Shown one piece after another: positions 38,461 through 49,960 of a stretch of 64,000 nt of DNA (its first letter is position 1; every line of letters starts with the position of its first letter). Where the stretch lies: the NCBI RefSeq assembly GCF_004010195.1, contig NC_057719.1:67539048-67603047 (forward strand), written 5' to 3'. Below the pieces are notes generated by a model. The model saw nothing but the letters and a program-made list of their open reading frames with translations. It did not search any database and was not told the DNA's origin. The DNA comes from Chiloscyllium plagiosum (taxonomy: Eukaryota). The position numbers were made by a program, and so were the translations under genes.

Positions 38461-38574
38461 ACTGGTTTAAAAAATTTGAAGGAATTAGGAGATGAGGAGG
38501 AGGAAGCAGAAAGTGATGTAGGCATTGCATCATTGACAGTATATTGGTACATGGGATATCCTCATTCTTACTAG

Positions 38575-39110
38575 TCATAGAGTCAGATAGAGGCAGCGAT
38601 TTGTACAGCACAGAAACAGACCCTTTGATCTAACCTGTCAATGCTGACCAGATACCCTAAATCAAGCTCATCCCATTTACCAGCACTTGGCCCATATTCC
38701 TCTAAACACTTCCTATTCACGTATCCTTTCCAGAGGCCTTTTAAATGTTAAAAATCACAGACACCAGGTTATAGTCCAACAAGTTTATTTGGAAGTACAA
38801 GCTTTCGGAGTGCTGCTCCTTCATCAGGTAGCGCTCTCACAATTTATACTGGCAAATAAACCTGTTGGACTAAAACCTGGTGTTTTGTGATTTTTAACTT
38901 TGCCCACCCAGTCCAACACCAGCACCTCCACATCATGCTGCAATTGTAACAGGCTCCACCAGTTCATCTGGCAGCTCATTCCATACATGCACCACCCTCT
39001 GTGTGATAACGTTGCTCCTTAGGTCCCTTTTATACCTTATACCTATGCCATCTAGTTTTGGACTCCCCTACACTGGGGTAAAAGGACGTTGGCTATTAAC
39101 GCTATCCATG
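38575..39110 (-). mobile_element. HER1/CR1 3' end interrupted by an HHR mini-element
   Basis: GTCATAGAGTCA...GTACAGCACAGAAACAGACCC tail; resumes after 38936 with TGCAATTGTAAC...CTAGTTTTGGACTCCCC. Confidence 0.9.
38747..38936. mobile_element. Palindromic HHR mini-element with intact minus-strand hammerhead
   Basis: Arms GTTAAAAATCACAGACACCAGGTTATAGTCCAAC / GTTGGACTAAAACCTGGTGTTTTGTGATTTTTAAC; HHR TAC-CTGATGA-A-GGAG-CAGCA-CTCC-GAAAGCTT-GTA (38796-38830); ~37-nt tail. Confidence 0.9.
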
Positions 39111-40646
39111 CGCTGGTGTACTAGATTCATGGATGTTCCACCAATAACTGCTTGTAATTGAACCTACCTCAAGCCCCCAACATCTATAAATATTTGCCAA
39201 AGGTTCTGCCACCTGCATCTGCATAAGGCAGATTTTCCTTCCAGTACACGGGGCCTGTACATCTCAGTGATGATTCTTCAACTTGATAACCGAGGGCAAA
39301 TTTTATTGCTTGTGCTATTCACACAGGTAGCAGATCCCCTGTCATCTGGTGTCACACTGAATCAGATATCCAATGACTGTAGGTTGCAGCTAAGAAGTCA
39401 CAAATAATTAGCAGACAGCTTTGAGCACAATGAATGGTGGTTACCTTTACCAGAAAATTTGGTCCAATATTAAAAATACAACAAAATTTATGTTTGGGTA
39501 ATTATTCTTGAAGATTTTCTTAAAAAGCAAAGTCAAAAGAAAAACAAACTAATGACCAGAGTTCTGGAAATGAAAAATAAACAATATCTTGGAGAATTAC
39601 AGTCCGTATAACAGTCTGATTTACATTTAAAGTGCTACGTGTGAAAAAATTATGCTATAATGTGTGAAGTGCCAATACTGCACATTTGACTACTGCTTTC
39701 TCTTTGCAACAAAAAATACTAATTATATCACTTTTGGTGACTTGTTAATGTCAGTTAGTAAAGTGTGAAATTTTTAATGAAGTGGTAACGCTTTAATTTA
39801 AAGATTAAAAATAGCACTGGATGGGGAGCCGACACAACTTGATTGCAACTTGTACAACGACTGGTTTCAACTATCCAGCATCATAGCGTGACATGAGATG
39901 ATACAGTGATTGCACCATGTATTAATATTTTGAGTTCTGCACAGTACAAGTGAAAATACATTATATGGAGAATAAAGGACAGTAAGGGGTGAACTGCATG
40001 TAGATTTCATTTTGTTTTTCATTTTTCTAGTTGTGCCTATCTCTGTGACACTGTCACTTATCTACATAACATGCTAAAACAATAGATCTCAAATATCTCA
40101 GTGATTCATCTGGCAACATGGTATATGGCATGCGTTGAGTAAAATCTACATTCTTTCTGCCTAGTCTGCGTCCATCAGAATTTCTCACTCGAGCCTACTG
40201 GTAATAATGTATTACACTGATCTGAAATAAACACAAATATTGTCATTGTGTCATACAGATCTACAGCACAGTAAAAAGCCATTTGGGGAATCAAGTTTAC
40301 ATTGATCAAAAACAACCACCTAACCATTTTAATTTTCCAGCACTTGGCCCATAGACTTGCATGCTTTGACAATACAAGTGCACATCTGAATACTTAGAGT
40401 CATAGAGATGTACAGCACAAAATCAGACCCTTTGGTCCAACTCATCCACGCCCACCAGATATCCCAACTCAATCTAGTCTCACCTGCGAGCACCATGTCC
40501 CTCCAAACCCTCCCTATTCATATACCCATCCAGATGCCTTTTAAATGTTGTGATTGTACCAGCCTCCACCACTTCCTCAGCCAGCTCATTCCATACACAT
40601 ACCACCCTCTGCATGAAAAGGTTGCCCCTCAGGTCTCTTTTAAATC

Positions 40647-41024
40647 NNNNNNNNNNNNNNNNNNNNNNNNNNNNNNNNNNNNNNNNNNNNNNNNNNNNNN
40701 NNNNNNNNNNNNNNNNNNNNNNNNNNNNNNNNNNNNNNNNNNNNNNNNNNNNNNNNNNNNNNNNNNNNNNNNNNNNNNNNNNNNNNNNNNNNNNNNNNNN
40801 NNNNNNNNNNNNNNNNNNNNNNNNNNNNNNNNNNNNNNNNNNNNNNNNNNNNNNNNNNNNNNNNNNNNNNNNNNNNNNNNNNNNNNNNNNNNNNNNNNNN
40901 NNNNNNNNNNNNNNNNNNNNNNNNNNNNNNNNNNNNNNNNNNNNNNNNNNNNNNNNNNNNNNNNNNNNNNNNNNNNNNNNNNNNNNNNNNNNNNNNNNNN
41001 NNNNNNNNNNNNNNNNNNNNNNNN
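40647..41024. other. Assembly gap (378 N)
   Basis: Run of N inside the LINE RT 3' region. Confidence 1.
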
Positions 41025-42307
41025 ACCTCCAATTTTGGTGTCATCTGCAAACTTACTAACTATACCTCTTATGCTCATATCCAAATCATCTATATAAATG
41101 ACGGAAAGTAGTGGACCAAGCACCGATCCTTGTGGCACTCCACTGGTCACAGGCCTCCAGTCTGAAAAATAACCTTCCACAACCACCTTCTGTCTTTTAC
41201 CTTTGAGTCAGTTCTGTATCCAAATGGCTAGTTCTCCCTGTATTCCATGGGATCTAACCTTGTTAACCAGTCTCCCATGGGGAACCTTGTCGAACACCTT
41301 ACTGAAGTCCATATAGATCACGTCCACTGCTCTGTCCTCATCAATCCTCTTTGTTACTTCTTCAAAAACCTCAATCAAGTTTGTGAGACATGATTTTCCA
41401 TGCACAAAGCCATGTTGACTATCCCTAATCAGTCCTTGCTTTTCCAAATACATGTACATCCTGTCCCTCAGGATTCTCTCCAACAACTTGCCCACCACCG
41501 AGGTCAGGCTCACCGGTCTATAGTTCCCTGGCTTGTCCTTACCACTTTTCTAAAATAGTGGCACCACGTTAGCCAACCTCCAGTCTTTCGGCACCTCACC
41601 TATGACTATTGATGATACAAATATCTCAGCAAGGGGCCCAGCAATCATTTCCCTGGCTTCCCACAGAGTTCTAGGGTGCACCTGATCAAGTCTGAGGAAT
41701 TTATTCACATTTATGCATTTCAAAACATCCAGCACCTCCTCCTCTGTAATATGGACACGTTTCAAGATCTATTTCCCTACATTCTATATCTTCCACAGTA
41801 AACACTGATGCAAAGTACTTGTTTAGTATCTCCCCCATTTCCTGTGGCACTACACAAAGGTTGCCTTGCTGATGTTTGAGAGGCCCTATTCGCTCCCTAG
41901 TTACCCTTTTGTCTTTAATATGTTAGTAAAAATCCTTTGGATTCTCCTTAATTCTATTTGCCAAAGTTATCTCATATCCCCATTTTGCCCTCCTGATTTC
42001 CCTCTAAGTGTACTCCTACTGCCTTTATATTCTTCTAAGGATTCACATATGCTTCCTTCGTTTTCTTAACCAAACTCTCAATTTCTTTAGTCTTCCAGCA
42101 TATCCTACATCTACCAGCCTTTCCTTTTGTCCAGACAGGAATATACTGTCTCTGGACTCTCAAGGCTTCGGATTTTCCAGCCGTCACTTTACCTGCAAAC
42201 ATCTGCCCCAATCAGCTTTTGAAAGTTCTTCCCTCATCCGATCAAAATTAGCCTTCCTCCAATTTAGAACTTCACCTGTTCATTCTGGTCTATCCTTTTC
42301 CATCACT

Positions 42308-43876
42308 TTTGGATGTAGGTTTGCTTCTGAGCTGCAAGGTTCATTTCCAGATGTTTTGTTACCTTACTAGGTAACATCATCAGTGGGCCTCAGGCGAAGC
42401 AATGCTGAAAATTCCTGCTTTCTATTTATATGTTTGGGTTTCTTTGGGTTGGTGATGTCATTTCCTGTACTGATGTTATTTCCTGTGGTGAAGTCACTTC
42501 CTGTTCCTTTTCTCAGGGGGTGGTAGATGGGGTCTAACTCGATGTGTTTGATGATAGAGTTCTGGTTGGAATACCATGCTTCTAAGAATTCTCGTGTGTG
42601 TCTTTGTTTGTCTTGTCCTAGGATGGATGTGTTGTCCCAGTAGAAGTGGTGTCCTTCTTCATCCGTGTATGAAGATACATGTGAGAGAGGGTCATGTCTT
42701 TTTGTGGCTAGTTGGTGTTCATGTATCCTGGTGGCTAGTTTTCTGCCTGTTTGTCCAATGTAGTGTTTGTTACAGTCCTTGCAAGGTATTTTGTAAATGA
42801 CATTAGTTTTGCTCATTGTCTGTATAGGGTCTTTCAAGTTCATTAGCTGCTGTTTTAGTGTGTTGGTGGGTTTGTGGGCTACCATGATGCCAAGGGGTCT
42901 GAGTAGTCTGGCAGTCATTTCCGAGATGTCTCTGATGTAGGGGAGAGTGGCTAAGGTTTCTGGATGTGTTTTGTCTGCTTGTTTGGGTTTGTTGCTGAGA
43001 AATCAGCGGACTGCGTTCATTGGGTACCCATTCTTTTTGAATACACGGTATAAGTGAAGTTCCTCTGCTCTGCATAGTTCCTGTGTGCTGCAGTGTGTGT
43101 TGGCTTGTTGAAATAATGTTCTAATGCAGCTTCATTTGTGGGTGTTGTGATGATTGCTTCTGTAGTTCAATATTTGGTCGGTATGTGTTGTTTATCTGTA
43201 CACGCTGGTTTGAAGTTCCCCATTGGTTGTTCGCTCTACTGTGACATCTAGAAATGGCAGTTTGTTGTTGTTTTCCTCCTCTTCAGTGAATTTTATGCCA
43301 GTAAAGGTATTATTAATGGACTTGAAGGGTTCCCCTAACTTGTTTTGTTTAGTGATGACAAAGGTGTCATCCATGTAGCAGACCCAGAGTTTGATTGGAT
43401 GGACAAACAGGCAGAAGACTAGTCACCAGGTGACATGAACACCAACTAGCCACAAAAAGACATGACCCTCTCTCACATGTATCTTCACATACAGATGAGG
43501 AAGGACACTACTTCGACTGGGACAACACATCCATCCTAGGACAAGACAAACAAAGATACTCACGAGAATTCCTAGAAGCATCGTATTCCAACCGGAACTC
43601 TATCAACAAACACATCGAGTGAGACCCCATCTACCACCCCCTGAAAAAAGGAACAGGAAGTGACTTCACCACAGGAAATAACATCACCACAGGAAATGAC
43701 ATCACCAACCCAAAGAAACCCAAACATATAATTAAAAAGCAGGAATTTTCAGCATTGCTTCGCCTGAGGCTCATTGAAGATAGTAAGGTAACAAAACATC
43801 TGGAAATGAACCTTGCAGCTCAGAAGCAAACCTACATCCAAAACTCAGCCTGAGATACAAATCTTCTCAAAACTCA
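42308..43876 (-). mobile_element. Penelope-like element (Poseidon/Penelope-type): partial RT plus GIY-YIG, with ~450-bp inverted duplication
   Basis: YMDDTFV...IKFTEEEENNNKLPFLDV (RT); NVIYKIPCKDCNKHYIGQTGRKLATRIHEH...REFLEAW (GIY-YIG); arms 42307-42756 and 43401-43843; 33-nt tail; TSD CTTTT(C/A)CATCACT at 42295-42307 and 43877-43889. Confidence 0.95.
42347..42387 (-). ncRNA. Hammerhead motif in the PLE pseudo-LTR (core mutated)
   Basis: CA-CTGATGA-T-GTTACC-TAGTAA-GGTAAC-AAAACATC-TG; perfect 6-bp stem II; GAAACGTC has decayed to AAAACATC. Confidence 0.7.
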
Positions 43877-44668
43877 CTTTTACATCACTATTTAAAAATT
43901 AATAGAATTATGGTCGATGTCCCCAAAGTGCTCCCTCACTGACACCTCAGTCACCTGCCCTGCCTTATTTCCCAAGAGCAGGTAATGTTTTGCACGTATT
44001 CTAGGAGGTACATCACATACTGAATCAGAAAGTTTTCTTATATATTCTTAACAAATTCCTCTCCATCTAAACCTTTAACACTACAGTAGTCCCAGTCTAT
44101 GTTTGGAAAGTTAAAATCCCCTACTATAACCACCCTATTATTCTTATAGATAACTGAAATCTCCTTATAAATTTGTTTTTCAATTTCCTGCTGACTATTA
44201 GGAGGTCTATAATACAATCCCAAAAAGGTGATTATCCCGTTCTTATTTCTCAGTCCAACTCAAATAACACCCTTGGATGTATTTCCAGGAATATCCTCCC
44301 TTGGTACACCTGTAATGCCATCATTTATCAAAACACCACTCCCCCTCCTCTCTTGCCTCTTTATCTGTCCTTCCTGTAGCATTTGTATCCTGGGACATTA
44401 AGCTGCCAGTCCTGTCCATCCCTGAGCCACATTTCTGTAATTGCTATGATATCCCAGTCCCATGTTTCTATCCATGCCCTGAATTCATCTGCCTTCCCTG
44501 TTAGGCCTCTTGCATTGAAATAAATGCAGTTTAATTTATCAGTTCTATCTTGTTCTCTGCTTTGTCCCTGCCTACACTGACTGTTTGACTCACTTCTATT
44601 CTCAACTGTACCAGTCTCTGATTGATCTCTTTCCTCACTAGCTCCCTGAGTTCCACTCCCTGACCTTA

Positions 44669-45600
44669 CTAGCTTACGTTCTCCCAAGCAGCTCTAGCAA
44701 ATCTCCTTGCCAGTATATTAGTCCCCTTCCAATTCAGGTGCAATCCGTCCTTCTTGTACAGGTCACTTCTACCCCAGAAGAGATTCCAATGATCCAAAAA
44801 TGTGAATCCTTCTCCCATACACCAGCTGCTCAGCCATGCACTCATCTGCTCTATCCTTCTATTCATACCCTCCAGAAGTAGCAGCACGAGAAGTAATTCA
44901 GATATTACTACCTTTGAGGATATCTTTTTTAAATTCATGCCTCGCTCTCTATATTCTACCTTCAGAATCTCATCCTTTTCCCTCCCTATGTTGTTGGTTC
45001 CAATGTGTACAATGACCTCCTGCTGAGCCCTCTCACTCTTGAGAACATTCTGCACCCTCTCTGAGACATCCTTGATCCTGGCACCAGGGAAACAACACAC
45101 CATTCTCATTTTTTGCTGCTGTCCACAGAATCATCTGTCTGTACCTCAGACTAGAGAGTCCCTAACACAATCAATTTCTTTGAACCCGACGTACCCCTCA
45201 TTACATTAGAGCCAGTCTCGATACCTGAAATTTGACTGTTCATGCTACATTCCCCTGAAAATCCATCATCCCCTACATTTTCCAAAACAGCATATTTGTC
45301 TGAAATGGGGATAGCCAGAGAAGACTCCTGCACTATCTGCCTACCTCTCTTACCTTTCCTGGAGTTAACCCATTTAAGTGACTGTATCTGTGACTTTTCT
45401 CCCTTCCAATAAATGCCATCCATCACATCCCCTTGCTCTTGTAAATTCCTCATTGCCTCTAACTGTCTCTCCAACCAAGCCATTTGATCTGATAGGATTC
45501 ACAACCAACGGCATTTATTGCAGATATAATCCTCTGTAACACGTAAACGCTCCTTAAACTCCCACATCCGACAAGAAGAGCATGTCACTCTACTAAGGGC
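44669..45600 (-). pseudogene. CR1 ORF1 relic: Cys-rich finger, coiled coil and SGNH esterase
   Basis: CSSCRMWEF...YICNKC; WLERQLEAMRNLQE; CCFPGARIKDV, VIVHIGTNNI, DGLHLNWKG (SGNH blocks). Confidence 0.88.
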
Positions 45601-47001
45601 CACTTCTGCTTCTTTCAATCTACAGACCCAGAAAACAGTGCTGTCATATTCCTCTGCAAAACATTGCTCCAAGTTAAATTAATACTTATGGCTTATATTT
45701 TTATGTTTAATCAAGAGACATATCTCAATAAAACATATAATCAAGAAAGAACCCACTCTACTCACTACTGCAGACTTACTGTTAGGCCATGCTTAAAATA
45801 TTCACTTGATTGTTTCTGTGCTATGACCTCTCCCAAACTGGTTCCTCCAAGATCAGTTGTAAATTTCACGGTTTGTTAATTTTCCCAGACACACACCAAT
45901 ATCCAGCGATATATGAACTCAAACAGCAAAGGCAGTAACTGTGCAGGTTCACTGCTGTGTCAGTTAGCAGTGTGAGTTTCTTTATTTCTCTCTCTCTCTC
46001 TCTCCTGCAAAGACCACGAGCTGCCTTTGTCTGTTCCGCTCCCTTTTAAAAGTGCTGTTGTTTTGACTTTCTTTTATCCAAAATTCCAAAAGAATGCAAC
46101 AGCATATAAAACAGTAATTGCTGCTCCTGGAATTCGAGGAAACCACCTTCAACACCTAAAATACCTCAAAAAAGGAGCAGCCTGTTACAGCCAGAAATCT
46201 TTCCTGTCCTTACCTTGTTAAATGTCATGAGGATTTCTGCCTCTACCACCCTTACAGGCAGAGAGTTCCAGGCTCTCACCACCCTCCAGGTGAAAAGAAA
46301 ATCCTCACGTCCCCTCTAAACGTCCTGTGCTTACCTTAAATCTGTGCCTCCTAGTCATTGATCTCTTCACCAAGCAGAAAAGTTCCTTCATGTCCACCCT
46401 ATCTATGCCCTCATAATTTTATACAACCCCAGTTTATCCAACCTCTCTTCACGACTAAAATGCTCCAGCCTGGAAACATCCTGGTAAATCTTCACTGTGC
46501 CTTCTCCAGTGCAATCATACCCCTCCTATAATGTGAATTCCACAACTGAACACAATATTATTGTGGTGTCCCAATCAACGTTTTATACAGTTTCAGCATA
46601 ACCTCTCTGCTCTTAAACTCTTTGCCTCAGCTAATAAAGGCAAGTCTCCCATATGCCTTCCAACCACTTTAACTCCATGTCCTGCTAATTTAAGGTCCCT
46701 CTGATCCTCAGTGCTTCCCAAGGTTCTATTACTCAAATGCTTAGTTTGACCTGCTTTAGTGCATCACCTCATTCTTATCCAGATTGAATTCCATTTTCCA
46801 CTGTTCAGCCCATCTGGTCAGCCCATCTATATCATCCTGTAATCTAGGACTATCCTCCTCACTGTTTAGCACCTCACCCATTTTTGAATCATCCAAGATG
46901 TTACTGATCAGCCCTCCTATATTCAATTCTAAATCTTCATATATACTACACAGAGCAAAGGCCCCAACACTAATCCCTGAGGAAAATCACCAGTCAGACA
47001 T

Positions 47002-48870
47002 TGTGGCAAAATATGGACTTTGTGTTTTGAATTCCATCATCCTATTTTCATACCTTAGATTCTTATGTACTGAAGTAGTTTTAAAAAGGAGAAAAAGACT
47101 ATCCTAAAATGGCCATGACTGTCAGCTGACCACACATTGTTAACCAAATCTCATGAAACCAGCATTAACAAACGAAATCATCTGAATTGAAATTAACATT
47201 TTTGTCAAAAGACACTGACACGAATCCATCCAGTCAGGTATGATGAAACCATCATCTTGTATCTTTGTGCAATAGGTTTCACATATTGGAGTTGAAAGTA
47301 ATCACTTATGATTATCAGGCAAGGTCATACAAGTATGCAAACCAATTTGCATTTCAGGAACTTATGTTTGGCAGATCGAGGGAAATAGATCTGTGACTGT
47401 AGAACTGGAGAAATCTCTCTCTCTGTCTTTCTCTCTCTCTGTATGTATTGAAGAACAAAGCACCCGAAGGCAAACAAATTGGACGGAAACATCCCAGACA
47501 TCAAAATCTTAAAGAAAACTGTAGTATTCACTACTGGTAAGGATACAAGACATCAGTTAAACGATTGTCTAGAGTGTGGTGCTGGAAAAGCACAGCAGGT
47601 CAGGCAGCATCCGAGGAGCAGGAGAATCCTGCTTATGCTCAAAACATTGATTCTCCTGCTCCTCGGATGCTGCCTGACCTGCTGTGCTTTTTCAGCACTG
47701 CACTCTCAACTCTGAACTCCAGTATCTGCAGTCCTCACTTTCATCAGTTAAATGATTGTAGTCAAACGTTAAATCTTTTACATCTCAGGAAGACCATGAT
47801 GTTTTTAAATTGTAGATTCCGTTTATCTCCCTCTTGTGTGGAAAGTTATCCATTTTTAACTTTGTACCTGTGTGTATGCATGTTTGATGTTGCAACTTTA
47901 ATCTTTGTCTCAGGGTTAACAGACAATAAAATTGCTCCTTCAATTTTTACTTACTGATACTTTAGGTATTGTGCAATAACATTTTATTTGGACTGGGGTA
48001 TAGTCTTGTTATGAAAAAGGACAGAAATATTTATTGTGAACAACCTAGGAGTTTGAAAAAAGGGAAGCTGATTCATTTCTTCTCACTTGGTCCTAAAAAG
48101 GTTGGGAACTGATGTTCTGAGATACTTCTCACAGACTTTGGAGAAATTGGAGTGGGGCAAGTAAATAGTTCCTTCAAAAGCTATTTTTTAAAATGCAAAG
48201 AAAAGTTGTCTTGGTTAGGTAATATTATATTGCTAAGAGGGTCATATTTGACATCAGTGCTCTCATAGAACAGGATGAAGTAATTTAGAAAAACATAGTG
48301 TCCCAAAAAGCATTAAAATGTGTAGTTAGGTACTTAGAAATGGAGTTTTGCCCAAGGCCAGAGAAACAGAAATTGCAAAATAGTTGGTGAAACATGTAGA
48401 AGCAGAAGTTGAGAAATACGAAATAAATAAATCAAAATTGAAGTAGTGTATATTAGAAATAGAATTCCAAGAAAAGGAAAAGAGAGAGGAAGAATCATAA
48501 TGAAGAGAGCCACCTACAAAATCCTTTGAGGTAATTCTTCTCAAAGATTTCAAAGACTCTATCAGTTCCAATTTAAACTCATATCAAGGAACAGAGAGTA
48601 GCAGTGACCAGAAAGGCAGCTGCGCAGACTGATGACTCAATAAACGCATTGACCCAAAAATGTAGGTTGACGAGGATCTAGAAACATTTATGTACCAGAG
48701 AGAGCTAAGAGAGACAAGCTGGAGAGGAAAGAGAAGCCAGGTAGAAAAAGATCTGATCCCGATTATTAAAAAGGATCCAAAAGTCAGGCAGGGGGCAACT
48801 CACCCCAAGTGCTTCCAGTGCAAGAGTCTAGGTCATGTAAATGACAATTGTTGGTTCATATGCCTCCCAT
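47002..48870 (+). mobile_element. LTR retrotransposon relic (probably Gypsy): LTR-like segment plus degraded gag
   Basis: CX2CX4HX4C zinc knuckle KCFQCKSLGHVNDNCW in ORF 48690-48872; E/K-rich coiled remnants at ~48430-48500; upstream ~1.1-kb segment starting TGTGG with AATAAA. Confidence 0.65.
47569..47741. mobile_element. Palindromic HHR-family mini-element (core largely deleted)
   Basis: Inverted arms ...GCACAGCAGGTCAGGCAGCATCCGAGGAGCAGGAGAATC / GATTCTCCTGCTCCTCGGATGCTGCCTGACCTGCTGTGC; 18-bp TSD CATCAGTTAAA(C/T)GATTGT at 47551-47568 and 47742-47759. Confidence 0.9.
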
Positions 48871-49539
48871 GAACGCAGGTTGCAAGATCAGTCTCTGTAG
48901 CATGAAAGGTAGTCAATTTTAAAATCAAGTTTTAAACCTCAACCAGTCCAATTGGATTAATGTATAATTCAAAGAGAGTGAGGTACAAGATGCAAGTCCA
49001 GAAACCCTATAGAATTCAACATCACATGTTTATCACCTCCCTAACCAACATCCTATGTCCCAGATGTCCACCTTTATATGTGCTCAAGATATTTACTAAT
49101 GCCCGACACCTATCCTTCATTTTAACAATATAATTAGCATGCCATTAACACAATAACCTGTTGGCTCTCTTAAAATTACAGTTATAAACAACTTTTCCCC
49201 AGAATTGGAATGGCAAAGAGTTTGGTCCAATGGTTAATAGAGGTCATGTTCTCTTATCTCACTGAATACCTTATCAGCACTAGTATTTCAAACTCAAGGA
49301 TGAGGTGATCACAGAGCAATCTGACTTCTTAAACAGCCCTTTTCTTGATCTCCTGGTACTATCGGCATTCCAAAATTATTTCTCTGGAGACACTTATTAG
49401 CATGTTATTTGGAAAAAGGCAAGTAATATGAGTAAGACTACACAAAAGAAACTCAGTCTTTCTCACTTTTTTAATGCCTCTAATCAAGGATAATAAACCT
49501 TATTTTGTTGTGGCAGGGCATCAAATTAATCCTGCCATT

Positions 49540-49960
49540 ACAACAATAATTTGTATTAAATGGCACCTTTAATGAAGTGAAACATAAAAAGGTTCTTTAC
49601 TGGAGCATGATAAAACAAAGTCTAACAATGAGGAACATAAGTTTGGTGAAAGAGGCAGGCCTTACGGAGTGGCATAAAGGAGGAAGTTGAGGTTTAAAGG
49701 CAGAGAGGTTTAGGGAAACAATTCATAATATAGGCAAAAGTATTAATTGTACGCACATTTCCTGAAGAAAAATACTATCAAATGCAATGTTTAAAATATT
49801 GAACTAGGAGTCAATATAGGCCGATGAGCATATAAGTGACAGGTGAACAGGACTTGCTATGAGTCAAAGTATGAGCAGCAAAGTTTTGAATGAACTGAAG
49901 GTTATGGTGGTTAGAATGTGGGAGATCAGCTAGGACTGTATTGGGATACCCATCTCTATG
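49540..49960 (-). mobile_element. Old L2-type LINE 3' fragment
   Basis: ACAACAATAATTTGTATTAAATGGCACCTTTAAT start, homologous to 52490 onward. Confidence 0.65.
49721..49797 (+). repeat. 77-bp dispersed direct duplication of 51658-51734
   Basis: ATTCATAATATAGG...CCTGAAGAAAAATACTATCAAATGCAATGTTTAAAAT at both sites, 3 mismatches. Confidence 0.93.

Larger units (their letters stand above)
40629..44540 (-). pseudogene. CR1 ORF2 relic: APE endonuclease plus reverse transcriptase
   Basis: [83 protein letters not shown]; multiple stops. Confidence 0.92.
40396..46215 (-). mobile_element. Near-full-length CR1/HER1 LINE (5' UTR, ORF1, ORF2, tail), decayed, containing a PLE insertion and an assembly gap
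   Basis: Collinear ORF1, endonuclease and RT motifs; tail AGAGTCATAGAGATGTACAGCAC at 40396. Confidence 0.93.
40240..46990 (-). mobile_element. Older CR1 fragment (40240-40395 and 46218-46990) split by the near-full-length CR1
   Basis: 3' UTR ...CAAGTGCACATCTGAATACTT on the left continues as TTAAATGTCATGAGG...CAGAGAGTTCCAGG on the right, through the RT region. Confidence 0.75.

Noticed and set aside
40408..41186. Long ORFs of 136-229 aa
   Set aside because: Artefacts of reading through the N gap; only the CR1 RT portion is real.
42367..42918. 183-aa GIY-YIG ORF as a functional or domesticated nuclease
   Set aside because: It is part of a 5'-truncated PLE whose upstream RT has stops and frameshifts.
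27476..47741. Reading the palindromes as MITEs, pre-miRNAs, CRISPR repeats or terminators
   Set aside because: Variable long TSDs, asymmetric tails, HHR motifs and linkage to GIY-YIG sequence point to PLE origin; there is no repeat-spacer periodicity and the DNA is eukaryotic.
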